64,000 nucleotides of DNA from a virus. Numbering within the stretch: the stretch's first letter is position 1; each line of letters opens with the position of its first letter. Shown here piece after piece: positions 37,475-47,693 of this stretch. The position numbers and the translations under genes were made by a program. Location of the stretch: the IMG/VR virus record IMGVR_UViG_3300010883_000017, positions 1 to 64,000 of that record; one strand, 5' to 3'. The notes under the pieces are model-generated. The model had not been told where the DNA came from, made no database searches, and was given only the letters and a program-made list of their open reading frames with translations.

Positions 37475-38150
37475 TTCTCCTGGTTCTTTGCAAAATCTGG
37501 CGGGCCTCATTCGCTCCACGTGGATTAGGGAGCGGCGCGCACACGAGGAGCAGTTAACCGGTAAAGATTCTCGATATGCGCAGGGAGATTATCTTCCACG
37601 GTATGACGGTGGCGAAGACGGAGCTGGGCGCACGCACAAGCCTTTTTGGCCGAAAGCTGCTCAATACTCTGTTATGCATAACTTAAACCCGCGTCGTTGG
37701 ATTCGGTTTGCGCTTGAGACTTTTCAAGCACAGGGGCGGCGGGACACGCGGCGATTCGCAACCCCGCATACGCTCATTTCTGAATCCCTGCGCAAGAAGT
37801 ACGAGTTGTACATTCAAGAATTGCCGGAAAGATTTCGTACCGAACTTGATTCGCAGAGTTCTACTGCTATGCTCAGATTCCGACAGCGAGCACGGTCTGC
37901 TTCTCTGGGTTACACAGAAGACCAGGCGCTTAGATCGGTATTGCTCGATCTGTCTTTGCCCCTTTCAGCGTTGTTTCGTTATTCAGCAGCTGAAGAGGGC
38001 GGGTTGTCCGACGTGGCTGAGCGGTTTTTTGAGTCTGCGTTGATGCAATATTATTTTGAGCGGACCCTGTACGACGCTGCTTGGGCAGGGTACATTCCCG
38101 ACTCATTACGCCGGGCTGCTGTCGCAGCTCAACAATCGTTTACAGCCTAA
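37467..38150 (+). CDS. hypothetical protein
   Basis: ATG 37467 overlapping the end of the helicase gene. Confidence 0.6.
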   Translation: MLDSPGSLQNLAGLIRSTWIRERRAHEEQLTGKDSRYAQGDYLPRYDGGEDGAGRTHKPFWPKAAQYSVMHNLNPRRWIRFALETFQAQGRRDTRRFATPHTLISESLRKKYELYIQELPERFRTELDSQSSTAMLRFRQRARSASLGYTEDQALRSVLLDLSLPLSALFRYSAAEEGGLSDVAERFFESALMQYYFERTLYDAAWAGYIPDSLRRAAVAAQQSFTA

Positions 38151-38168
38151 CTGGGAAGGGAGTACCAT

Positions 38169-39845
38169 ATGGCCAACAGTCGAGGTATCGACGGACAGAA
38201 TAGCTTTGCCTTTACGAAAGGGCGCATGAGTCCGTCGTTAGTCGAGTCTATGCTGATTCGACTCTTATCACATCCAGGTTTATTTCAAGAAGCTAAGGGT
38301 ATTCTCTTACCAACTCATTTTGAGAGCACTGAGTCTCGGTTTTCTGCTATTTGGGCGGCGGCCATTCAGTGTGATGATGAGTTTGCTCGGTTGACCTTTG
38401 AGACGATGTCAGACCGGGTTGAAGAGTTACTTGCTGATGCAGGAGAAGATGTTTCTTCGCAACAGGGAGAGGCGATTTTTGGAACGGACCCAGACCGCCC
38501 GGGGATTCTTTACTGGGCGTTATCGCAAGTAGATCCCGCCGATGTCGACCTTGATCAAGGGCGCCATCTTCTACGTCGTTTTTTAGAAGAGCGGGTACTT
38601 GCTGACGAGCTGCGAAGTGCGCTTGAATTTGCTCCCGGCGGCGTCCCGTCTAATCTTCCCGCCATTATTGAGCGGGCTAACCAGGCGCGGGAGCGCATCA
38701 CCAATATTCAAGATGATCCTGTAGAGCTGGGGATCCCTGATAATTGGGAACCAGAATCGCTCGACATCTGGCCAACATGCTTACCCTTTTTAGACACACC
38801 TATGGACGGTGGTCACGCGCGTGGCGAGGTGTACGGGATCTTGGGGCCGTTTGGCGTTGGGAAAACTACTCTTGGTATTCAACTGTGCGTGGAGCAATGT
38901 CGTTACTGGCACGACCGCGAGGTTGAGTATGGAGAAGAGGGTGGGCAGGTTTTTTTCTTCAGTTATGAGCAATCGGCTACGGAAGTTCGTAGGAAGGCTG
39001 TTGCCTGCGCTGCGCGTATTCACATGTCGACGATGAATACTATTACGGGAGAAGACAGTTTTAGCACTCGGGGTTCTCTTAAGGACTATGAGACGGAGAT
39101 GTTCAGGCAATCTGGCCTACTGTCTAACGGTGCTCCGCCTCCGCCAGGAGAGCTAGAGCGGTACGAGGATATTAAGGAGATGCTGCGCACACACTTACGT
39201 ATTGTTGATCTCTCTGGCGGCGCTAAGAAGCGTACCGGTGATGGGTATGTAGGCGAGATCGCAGCAATTCTTGAAAATAGCGTAAGGAAGCACAATTCTA
39301 AGCCTCGCATGGTTTGTATAGATCATGTGTGGCTTGCGGCGTACCGGCATCTATCGTCACAGGGAATGGATGAGCGGCGATTGCGGCACTTCATTACCAT
39401 GTTTGGTGACGATATGAAGACTAAAGTTGCTGAGCGGTACGAGATTCCTTGTTGGTTGTTGCATCAATATAACGGTGATGCGAATAAGGCCTCTCCGGCT
39501 AAGCTTCTTCATCATACCCAGGCGGCAGAGTCTTCTAGCTTTGCTATGCCTTTATCTTTTTGCTTTTGCATTGGAAATAAAGATCAGCAGTCTAATACTG
39601 CGCAGATGGTCTGCACCAAGCGACGGCGATCGGGAAATCCATTACCGCCCTCAATACTTGAAATTGAGGGGCAGTTTTCGACATTGCTTGATAGAACTGA
39701 CGCCTTTGTTGTCCAGCATGATAAGATTCTCCCCCGAGAGTTAGCTGAGCAGTTTGGCGGTTCAGCAGAGGAGGTAAATTATGTTCCACGTCCACAGCAG
39801 GGTGGTGGTTTGGATGGTGCGGGAGTCTGGGGCCCGGGAGTATGA
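38169..39845 (+). CDS. dnaB: DnaB-like replicative helicase
   Basis: GGHARGEV..ILGPFGVGKTT, FSYEQ, VCIDH, LLHQ, K.R. Confidence 0.8.
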   Translation: MANSRGIDGQNSFAFTKGRMSPSLVESMLIRLLSHPGLFQEAKGILLPTHFESTESRFSAIWAAAIQCDDEFARLTFETMSDRVEELLADAGEDVSSQQGEAIFGTDPDRPGILYWALSQVDPADVDLDQGRHLLRRFLEERVLADELRSALEFAPGGVPSNLPAIIERANQARERITNIQDDPVELGIPDNWEPESLDIWPTCLPFLDTPMDGGHARGEVYGILGPFGVGKTTLGIQLCVEQCRYWHDREVEYGEEGGQVFFFSYEQSATEVRRKAVACAARIHMSTMNTITGEDSFSTRGSLKDYETEMFRQSGLLSNGAPPPPGELERYEDIKEMLRTHLRIVDLSGGAKKRTGDGYVGEIAAILENSVRKHNSKPRMVCIDHVWLAAYRHLSSQGMDERRLRHFITMFGDDMKTKVAERYEIPCWLLHQYNGDANKASPAKLLHHTQAAESSSFAMPLSFCFCIGNKDQQSNTAQMVCTKRRRSGNPLPPSILEIEGQFSTLLDRTDAFVVQHDKILPRELAEQFGGSAEEVNYVPRPQQGGGLDGAGVWGPGV

Positions 39846-40927
39846 TGAGTAGCGGTGCACAGGTACTTAATCCTGAGTTGTACCGGCGTCTTCAGAAAAA
39901 CTTTGGTAATGTATTGATTGCGAATCCCGGCGAGGGATTTGTGGCAACTGTACGCCGAGGGTTGGACGGGCGCCCTAAGCAGCAGATAGCGCACTCTGGG
40001 GAGTACTACAGAGTGTGCTGTCCTTATTGTAAAGACACCCGTAACCGATTATGGGTGAACCATAAATTCGGGGCCTTTGATGAAAATACACGCAGTAAAA
40101 ATACGCACTTGGCTATTTGCTACAACGAGAACTGCCTAACCCACCCGGCACAGCGGCAGCGTTTTGAAAACGCGATATTCCTCGGAATGAACTGGTCTCA
40201 ACGTAAAGCCGTGGTTGTTCAGCGGGGCAGTACGCACGACGATACGCTTCGTGTTGTAAGTCCACCGGGCACGCTTGTTCCTGTTAATCAGCTCGCAGAT
40301 GGCCATAAGGTTTCAGCATATTTGCGTAGTCGTGGCTACTCTCCGGAGGAGCTCGGGACGTCTTTTCATGTTGATTATTGTGAGTTCGCCGAGCCTAAGT
40401 ACCCTGCAGCCGCCGATCGTATTGTGGCGTCTGTTGTAATGGACGGGCAGCTTGTTGGTTGGCAGTGTCGTTTTATTGGTGACATTGACTGGAAGCGTGC
40501 GGGGATGGCTAAGTACTATACCCGGCCGGGTATGCCTAAGAGGTTGATGTTTTACAACTATGATCAGGCTAAGAATTATCCATTGGTGGTTCTTACTGAG
40601 GGTATCTCAGATGTTTGGGCTGTCGGTCCGCAAGCAGTTGCCATGCTTGGTAAAAAGTTGCACGCCTCTCAAGAGCGCCTCTTGTGCGACACATGGGGCG
40701 AAGGTGTGCTGGTCGTAATGCTGGACCCCGACGCACGAGATGAAACTGATAAGTTGGTTCAGCGGTTAGAGTCTAAATTTGCAGGTGGTGTGGTTCCTGT
40801 TTACTTAGATGAGCAGGACCCCGGCGATCTTGATCGGGATGTTATCTGGTCAATTATTTCTGAAGAGTTAAAATCACGTAATTACCAAATGTATTCACTA
40901 GAAGAAAAAGAAGGAGATATATCATGA
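39842..40927 (+). CDS. dnaG: DnaG-like primase
   Basis: Zn finger CPYC.D...C..E.C, YL.SRG, GWQCR, KYY, TOPRIM LTEG..D, LDPDA, DPGD. Confidence 0.85.
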   Translation: MMSSGAQVLNPELYRRLQKNFGNVLIANPGEGFVATVRRGLDGRPKQQIAHSGEYYRVCCPYCKDTRNRLWVNHKFGAFDENTRSKNTHLAICYNENCLTHPAQRQRFENAIFLGMNWSQRKAVVVQRGSTHDDTLRVVSPPGTLVPVNQLADGHKVSAYLRSRGYSPEELGTSFHVDYCEFAEPKYPAAADRIVASVVMDGQLVGWQCRFIGDIDWKRAGMAKYYTRPGMPKRLMFYNYDQAKNYPLVVLTEGISDVWAVGPQAVAMLGKKLHASQERLLCDTWGEGVLVVMLDPDARDETDKLVQRLESKFAGGVVPVYLDEQDPGDLDRDVIWSIISEELKSRNYQMYSLEEKEGDIS

Positions 40928-41130
40928 CGCTGTCGCCAGGAGAACTATTGAAAGAGGCTACTGTTGCTCATTTTCAAGCTGAGAAGCGGAAGTCGCAGGC
41001 TGTACTTGCCGTTTATTTTGAGAACCCGGTTGGAATTGGAGAACATTCTGATTTGTTGGAAGAGACTGTGAAGCACGTGGAAGCCTTGGCTAACGCGACG
41101 GACTGCTTGGAAGCGTTGGAGCAGCTCTAA
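40924..41130 (+). CDS. small phage protein
   Basis: AAGGAG RBS; VY..NPVGIGEHSD motif common in phage small proteins. Confidence 0.65.
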   Translation: MTLSPGELLKEATVAHFQAEKRKSQAVLAVYFENPVGIGEHSDLLEETVKHVEALANATDCLEALEQL

Positions 41131-41132
41131 TC

Positions 41133-44100
41133 GTGCCTGCGCAATTTCCTATGGACGATAGGCAGTTTCAGTCGTTTTTATACGGCGACGACTGCGAGGA
41201 GCTGCTTGATGCATATCCTTTTTACCCGTTGAATAGTCCTGGGATTCCGCTTCCTGGTTCAGACTTTATTGAAGAGGCACGCCGGCTTGGGGACGCTGCT
41301 CCGGAGACGGAGGGGCGCGGTAGCGCGGAGCGTCTTCTAGCCTCTGGTAAGTATTTGGACTATCTCTACTTGCGCGCCCTTTACGACGCGGACTTTAGTA
41401 TGTCTGTCGATGTAAAAGGTGTGCCGCGGCAAGCTAGCTTTGTGACGGGCCATCTATGGGGTGGCGCACCTGAGGAGGCTGGCCCGCGCGCGGCACGGGC
41501 GATGGTCATTGGGAAAATGGCTCCGAGTGACTGGGGGTCTTCGCGGATCACCGGCGATACTGAGCGTGGTCCGCGTTTTCTTGTTGGTAACGCTGGGTGT
41601 CTCATAGAAGATCGGATGAAAGCGCTCGGGGTACCAGAAAGCGAGTATCTTACTTGGTACGTTACTGCGCTGGTCAAGCATCAGAACTTGAACACTACTG
41701 GTAACTCCCTTCCGCAGGCGTGGATTAGAAATTGTGCGCCAATACTTGCTCAAGAGCTTCGACTAGTTAAGCCTGACTATATTCTCTGTTTTGGGACAGA
41801 GGCGAGTAAGCATCTTTTGGGCCCCAAAGGCGGCGTCGACCAGATGCGCGGTCGAATTGCTGAGTATAAGTTCGCGTGCCACGAACTCAACGAAGAGCCG
41901 GATTACCACACGGCAAAAGTTGTTACGGTTATTAATCCGGCGGCGGTGCTGCGTACTCCTGAGCGGCAGGACGAATTTGATATGGGGCTGCGGCGGTTCG
42001 GTGAGCTCGTAGCGGGTAATATCGTCGACGACCACGAGCACGATATTGATCATCGCATCGTTTACAAACAGCGGGAGCTTAAAAAGATTGTCGACGAGAT
42101 CCTCGCTGAAGATGGTGATGATTTAATCATTGCCGTGGATGCGGAGTGGCACGGGGGCAATCCCTGGGAGCCGGGGTCTTATCTGCGTACGGTACAGTTT
42201 TCCCATAAGGCTAAATTTGCTTGTTGTGTTGTGCTTAATGAGCAAGGCGGGCTTCCCGCATTTGTACCCTCTAAGGAAGCTGCAGTTAGCGAACTGCGGC
42301 GTTTGTTTGATGCGGACGGCAGTGGGAAGAACGTCCAAGTTGGCGGCCACTTCTTTCGTTCAGATATTCCTTGGATACATGAGAAGCTTGGGATAGATCT
42401 GCGCGAGCTTTATAGGCGTGGTTTTGATACTGCGCTCATGTGCCACGCCGTTAACGAGACAGCTCGGTTTAAGTTAGAGGATATCGCCGTCCGTTATACG
42501 ACGTGCCCGCGCTGGGATGTGGAGTTACAAACGTGGAAGAAGGACTACTGCACCGAGAATAAATTGAAGGACAAAGACCTGGAAGGTTACGGTGAGTGTC
42601 CTGATGCTGTTCTGTACCCTTATGGCGCGTATGATGCCGACGCTACCCGTCGCTTGGTTGACGTTTTTAACGAGCTGATGGAGCGCGACGTACATGGTAA
42701 TAACTGTGTAGCTGCGTATGAGATTAGTCATAACGCATCGCTGGGAGTTCTAGAGATGGAGCTCGCGGGTCTTGGTGTAGACATGGAGCGCGCAGAGGCG
42801 CTTATTAGTACGTTTTCAGAAGCGCGCACCGAGTTGCTAGAGCAGCTGCGTGTAGAGATTCACTGGCCTGATTTTAATCCTGCTTCTTCGCCACAGTGTC
42901 GGGCGTTGTTATTTGGTGATAAGTATGCCAAGAAAGTTTCTGGTGATGGGTACGTTAATGTGCGTCCAGAGGGCGCATTGACCCTTGAACTGGAGCCGAT
43001 TACTAGCACAGGGCAGCGCCCTCGTGCGTGGTCTGATGTGCTAACGAGTAACGATGCGGCGTTGTATACGCCCTCTACGAACGGCGAAACATTAGGAATT
43101 TTGGGACAACAACATCCTATTGCAGGCCGCGTTCGGGATATTAGGTTCTTAGAGCAGGTGTTGAAAACGGCGCTACGCCCCGCTGACGAGGCGGTTGATG
43201 GGGCAGCTCCTCAGTATTCTTCTGGTCTGTTGTCGCACGTTGGCGCAGACGGGCGGATTCGTACCCACTTGTTACAGACAATGGAGACGGGTCGGTTCAG
43301 CTCTAGTCGGCCGAACTTGCAAAACATAAGCAAGCGGCGAGAAGATGACTACCGTAGAATTTTAGGCGACAGTTACCTGTACCCGATCCGCACCGTGTTT
43401 ACCGCTAAGCCGGGTCATGTGTTTATAGAGGCGGATTACACAGGAGCGGAGCTTGCTGGGATTATGTGGATGTCGGGAGATCCTACGGGTATAGAACATG
43501 TTCGTCGAAACATGCTTCCCGAGGATCATGAAGATTACTATGACATACACAGTCAAGCAGCTGTGCGGGCGTTTAACCTAACCTGCGAACCGACTAAGCA
43601 TGGTTTGTACTCTGCGGGTCGTCCGGGTCTTCGTGTTGCCGCAAAAAATGTAAATTTCGGTATTCCTTATGGGCGAGGGCCGGCGGCTATCGCACGGCAA
43701 TGTCGAGAAGAGGGCGTGGACCTCGGAGAGGTAGAGGCGCAGCTTCTTATTGACAACTACTTTGAAACGTATCCAAAGACGAAAACGTTTTTGGCGGATT
43801 GCCGTGCGCGGGTGTCTGACCCTGGTTGGATGTGTAATACGTTTGGTAGGTACCGTCGTTTCCATAAATCTGAAGAGCGATCGGTGGTTGCCGACCAAGA
43901 GCGACAAGCGCAGAATTTTCCTATTCAATCACTTGTTGCTGATGCTACGAGCATAGCTATCGCTAATTTGTACGAGTATCGCGAGCAAAATCCTCGCGTT
44001 GCATACGATATTGTATTGCAGATACATGACGCGGTGCTTTTAGAGGTGCCGGTAGAGTGGGTGGAGGTAGTCTGTGATGAGGTGTTGCCTTATTGCATGA

Positions 44101-44264
44101 CAGAATTAATTCCTGTGACTCCGTCTGATTTATCTGGCGCCCCCCTGAGTGGTGAGCAGCAAACTTATAGACTCGTGGGAGACCACGATATCTCTGTTCA
44201 TTGGGGTATTTCATTGACAGCAGAAACGGCACGGGAGTTAGGTATTCCGCCTCGTCTTCTTTAG
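41133..44264 (+). CDS. polA: family A DNA polymerase with N-terminal uracil-DNA-glycosylase-like and 3'-5' exonuclease domains
   Basis: UDG-like (C.P.L.QEL.LVKP..I.C.G..A), exo AVDAE / FDT.LM.H / Y.AYDAD, pol TGR.SS..PNLQNI, ADY...EL, R.AAKNVNFGIPYG, NFPIQS, QIHD. Confidence 0.93.
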   Translation: MPAQFPMDDRQFQSFLYGDDCEELLDAYPFYPLNSPGIPLPGSDFIEEARRLGDAAPETEGRGSAERLLASGKYLDYLYLRALYDADFSMSVDVKGVPRQASFVTGHLWGGAPEEAGPRAARAMVIGKMAPSDWGSSRITGDTERGPRFLVGNAGCLIEDRMKALGVPESEYLTWYVTALVKHQNLNTTGNSLPQAWIRNCAPILAQELRLVKPDYILCFGTEASKHLLGPKGGVDQMRGRIAEYKFACHELNEEPDYHTAKVVTVINPAAVLRTPERQDEFDMGLRRFGELVAGNIVDDHEHDIDHRIVYKQRELKKIVDEILAEDGDDLIIAVDAEWHGGNPWEPGSYLRTVQFSHKAKFACCVVLNEQGGLPAFVPSKEAAVSELRRLFDADGSGKNVQVGGHFFRSDIPWIHEKLGIDLRELYRRGFDTALMCHAVNETARFKLEDIAVRYTTCPRWDVELQTWKKDYCTENKLKDKDLEGYGECPDAVLYPYGAYDADATRRLVDVFNELMERDVHGNNCVAAYEISHNASLGVLEMELAGLGVDMERAEALISTFSEARTELLEQLRVEIHWPDFNPASSPQCRALLFGDKYAKKVSGDGYVNVRPEGALTLELEPITSTGQRPRAWSDVLTSNDAALYTPSTNGETLGILGQQHPIAGRVRDIRFLEQVLKTALRPADEAVDGAAPQYSSGLLSHVGADGRIRTHLLQTMETGRFSSSRPNLQNISKRREDDYRRILGDSYLYPIRTVFTAKPGHVFIEADYTGAELAGIMWMSGDPTGIEHVRRNMLPEDHEDYYDIHSQAAVRAFNLTCEPTKHGLYSAGRPGLRVAAKNVNFGIPYGRGPAAIARQCREEGVDLGEVEAQLLIDNYFETYPKTKTFLADCRARVSDPGWMCNTFGRYRRFHKSEERSVVADQERQAQNFPIQSLVADATSIAIANLYEYREQNPRVAYDIVLQIHDAVLLEVPVEWVEVVCDEVLPYCMTELIPVTPSDLSGAPLSGEQQTYRLVGDHDISVHWGISLTAETARELGIPPRLL

Positions 44265-44380
44265 TATTTTTTGCTGTGATTACTGACCCACATATGCTTG
44301 TGGTCCTGCAATTCTGTGTTAGAATTGCATTGACCAATAACCGACTTTGTTTTAACCAATTTGTGAAAGTGAGGCTGAAG

Positions 44381-45664
44381 ATGGCACATAGTGCACGTAG
44401 AGGAACGACTAGTTCGAGGTATTCTTTTAAGGCGCATGGAAGTGCATCAAGGAAGCAAGGGCGCCTTGGTGATTACGTTCTGAAACCTAACAACGGAACG
44501 GAAGCCTGGTCGCCGTCGTGGAACCATACCACGACTGTCTTTCGACCCTTCCCAGTACCGTCTGCGGAAGATCCCGCACAGTTGTGTGGGTTTAAGTTGT
44601 CTGATGATCCTGATGATTGGGATGATTGGATTCGCGGATACCCTGCGGCACGTAACTGGGGCGACCCCGGTATTACTTTTCTTTTGTACGATCCTACAGA
44701 GGACATTAACCCCGAAGAGCACCCTGCGTGGGTTCTTTTTCGTTGTGTAGATGGCCGTGTGTCAGCGGGACAAGCTCCAGCACACTGGCAATCACTTTTG
44801 CAAGGCGGTCAAGGTCGCAGCGCGATGTTGCGAGCCCCGCAAGACTTGTATGTGATGCAAGGTGCGTTGCTAGAGCAGCGAAGTAAGCCGTATGATCCGC
44901 CACGTGGTGGGTCTCCCGACGATGATTTGCTCATCTTGGAGTGTACCCGTTCCGTTATTCAAGAGATGGCTCCGCAGCTTAACGAGATCGATTTTGATCT
45001 TGTTTCTCTTGAAGCAGGCAGTGGCGGGCTGCTTCAGATTTATCAGGTGGGCGGCGCAGCAGATCCTGCTCAGGCGTCTGCTAGTGGTTTTGGCGGCCGA
45101 CGCGCTGGCCTCTCTAGCCGTAGTGAAGATCGCAAGATTGGCTACGGTGTGCAGGTTATTCGTGAATGGAACGGCGTGTCGGGTGATCTTTCCGGCGTTG
45201 CTGATATGGTGCAGGCTAAGGTGAAACCGTGGGAAGAGGTTCTGCGTATTCTTCCTATTGAAGAGCAGGCGCATCTTCTGGCTAAGCACTTTCCTGCCGA
45301 TGTTATCTGGGAAGCGTTTGCTGACCATCGGTATGAGGGTTGGATTCCGGAGCACGTTGAGCGGGCTATTAATCAGCCGGTTAGTGTGGCGTCTCCAGGT
45401 GTTCCGCCAGAGACTCCTTCGCAAGCACCTCCGGCTCCCGCTGCGGGTCTCGCCTCTGGTTGGGGCGCAGAACGCGCGGACGCAGGCGCTGGGGCTGCTG
45501 TTGATCCGTTGGCACGGCCTACAGGCCCTGCAGAGGTGGATCCTACCGTTCCTGAGGGGCTTCCAGTGGATGATATTGCTTCGGCAATGGCAACCCCCAC
45601 GGAAGAGTCCCGGACCCGTGCCGATATTGTGGCGGAGGCGCGCAAGGCCGTTAGTGACGAGTAA
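44381..45664 (+). CDS. hypothetical protein, possible ssDNA-binding or annealing factor
   Basis: Lies between polymerase and RecA; Pro/Ala-rich flexible C-terminus; GAGG RBS before ATG 44381. Confidence 0.45.
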   Translation: MAHSARRGTTSSRYSFKAHGSASRKQGRLGDYVLKPNNGTEAWSPSWNHTTTVFRPFPVPSAEDPAQLCGFKLSDDPDDWDDWIRGYPAARNWGDPGITFLLYDPTEDINPEEHPAWVLFRCVDGRVSAGQAPAHWQSLLQGGQGRSAMLRAPQDLYVMQGALLEQRSKPYDPPRGGSPDDDLLILECTRSVIQEMAPQLNEIDFDLVSLEAGSGGLLQIYQVGGAADPAQASASGFGGRRAGLSSRSEDRKIGYGVQVIREWNGVSGDLSGVADMVQAKVKPWEEVLRILPIEEQAHLLAKHFPADVIWEAFADHRYEGWIPEHVERAINQPVSVASPGVPPETPSQAPPAPAAGLASGWGAERADAGAGAAVDPLARPTGPAEVDPTVPEGLPVDDIASAMATPTEESRTRADIVAEARKAVSDE

Positions 45665-45678
45665 GTAGTGTTGTGTAG

Positions 45679-45749
45679 TCGGCGGGGGGAGGGTGTTGGC
45701 CACCTGTCTAGGTGTGGCCCCGCTTAATCCCCCCTGCCGATTTTTTTTT
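45679..45749 (+). terminator. long hairpin plus U-tract
   Basis: tcggcggggggag ... tcccccctgccga followed by T9. Confidence 0.6.
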
Positions 45750-45765
45750 AGGAGTGTGATTGGAA

Positions 45766-47154
45766 ATGGCAAAGAAGAAGGTACGACCGAGTTCAGAAGA
45801 AACGCATGGTGCTACAGTTGATGCCATGATGGAGGGGTTGCACGAGTCTCTTGCAAAAGAACTCGGCAGCGACCGCGTACGAAGTCAGGACGAGATTACA
45901 CGGAGGATGATTGGTATTCCGCTGCCGGCGTTGGCCTTTCGGTATCTCATACAGCAGGACGTGTTGCCGCTAGGTAGGATTATCACGATTAATGGTTTGG
46001 AGAGCTCATGTAAGAGCTCGTTGATGTATGAGATCATGCGTTGGCACATGGTGTACGGCGGTATGTCATTGCTGCTGGAGAATGAGTCTAAAGACTCTCC
46101 TGATATCCGTCAGGGTGTTTGGGATCATAACGACGATTTTCTTAATAAGAAGTCTCGTGTTGTTCAGACGCTCTACTTAGATGATTGGCAGAACGGACTA
46201 ACGCGGGGGCTCTCTGCTTGTCAGGATATGATGACAGCGCGAGGCGGCCCTGGGCGGAGTGTTCCTGTTGTATTCGGCGTGGATAGTCTTACATCTAAGA
46301 TGTCTGAAGAGGGCGCAAAGAAGGTTGTTAAGACCGGGCACACCGAGCGAGGAGAGGGCCGTACTGTTGCGCTGAAGCTTACGGAGTATTTTCAGTGGCT
46401 TCCTAGTCAGCTTATTGACTGGCCATTTAGCGTTGTATGTATCCAGCACTTGAAGAAGACTAAGGATCCGCGAACAGGGATGCTGATTCGTAATAAGCCG
46501 GGCGGGGCTCATGTAGCTTTCATGGAGACGTTCGAGTTTGAGATGGCGCGCGGCCGAGACATCCAGCACGTGGATGATGGCGGTGTGAATCTTACTATAG
46601 AGACTCGTAAGAACTCCCTCGGCCCTGCACGGATTAAGATCGACGTGATCTTCAGGTGGTGGTGGGAAGACGACCCTGTTACTGGTGTGCGCACTCAAAA
46701 GCATGTCTTTGATTGGGACGATGCGTCTATGAATATGCTTATCAAACTTGCAAAGGATAAGAAGACGATCTGGAAGCGGGTCATTGAAGTAGTTGATCTG
46801 CACCCAAAGATTTCTTTACGGCAAGTGTGGTCGCGGGAGCTGGGCATTCCAGAGGACTCACCGTTGTCTTACGCTGAAGCCTATAGGATTATCGAGCGCG
46901 ATCGTCCAGATATTCTTCTGGAGTTGTACAGGATCTTAGGGATCAGGCAACGTAGGCAGCTTAGTTATGGGCAAGATTACTTGAGCCTTGTTAATTCTGA
47001 AGATGCTAGTCCTATGGGCGGTATGCCAGCACCCACGCTTTACCTTCCACCGCGGGTTGACTCAGGGGCGGTTGCCGCAGAGCTTACTGATAAAGTATTG
47101 CCTGACGAGCCCGAGGTTGTGTACGAAGCGGAGGAGGATATCGGGCCTGTATGA
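45766..47154 (+). CDS. recA: RecA/UvsX-like recombinase
   Basis: LPLGRIITINGLESSCKSSL (variant P-loop), ENE, GVDSL, PGG...F, KN. Confidence 0.75.
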   Translation: MAKKKVRPSSEETHGATVDAMMEGLHESLAKELGSDRVRSQDEITRRMIGIPLPALAFRYLIQQDVLPLGRIITINGLESSCKSSLMYEIMRWHMVYGGMSLLLENESKDSPDIRQGVWDHNDDFLNKKSRVVQTLYLDDWQNGLTRGLSACQDMMTARGGPGRSVPVVFGVDSLTSKMSEEGAKKVVKTGHTERGEGRTVALKLTEYFQWLPSQLIDWPFSVVCIQHLKKTKDPRTGMLIRNKPGGAHVAFMETFEFEMARGRDIQHVDDGGVNLTIETRKNSLGPARIKIDVIFRWWWEDDPVTGVRTQKHVFDWDDASMNMLIKLAKDKKTIWKRVIEVVDLHPKISLRQVWSRELGIPEDSPLSYAEAYRIIERDRPDILLELYRILGIRQRRQLSYGQDYLSLVNSEDASPMGGMPAPTLYLPPRVDSGAVAAELTDKVLPDEPEVVYEAEEDIGPV

Positions 47155-47693
47155 GTACGTTTAGCTGGGATGATACGGGATTTGAAGAGGACCCGGACGC
47201 GCCTTTCGCACAAGCTGAGGACACTGCTGTACGTAAAGTTCTCCGTAAAATGGGGAATGAGTCAGCAATTCAGAGTTTGCGCCATAGATGTAGAGAAGTC
47301 ACGGGGAGCGATCTTTTGACCTTCCCGTGGTTTCACGAAGAGTATCCTACGTGGCCTATCCTTTTGGGTGTTGCTCGTGTTAGGCATATCCGTCCCATCC
47401 CGTGGGGACAGGTAATGAAGAACTTCACGAAAACACCAATGTTCAAGGCCTTTGAAAACTTTACTGAGGATGTGGGGGTCAACGTCCGTGAAGAGAGCGC
47501 GGGTGTTATTTTTATGAGTCCTGGGCACACTACTATGGTGCTTCACAATTACCCGCGCGATGATGAATATGTGGCGCGAGGTAAAGAATGGACTAGAATT
47601 ACGAGACCCATGGGGAACATGACTCCTCGTGTTATTTATACGTTAGAGCCGTTGGACGCGCTCTTATACTTCGTCGACAAGGAGTTTGAGTGA
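47151..47693 (+). CDS. hypothetical protein
   Basis: ATGA-coupled ORF. Confidence 0.6.
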   Translation: MSTFSWDDTGFEEDPDAPFAQAEDTAVRKVLRKMGNESAIQSLRHRCREVTGSDLLTFPWFHEEYPTWPILLGVARVRHIRPIPWGQVMKNFTKTPMFKAFENFTEDVGVNVREESAGVIFMSPGHTTMVLHNYPRDDEYVARGKEWTRITRPMGNMTPRVIYTLEPLDALLYFVDKEFE

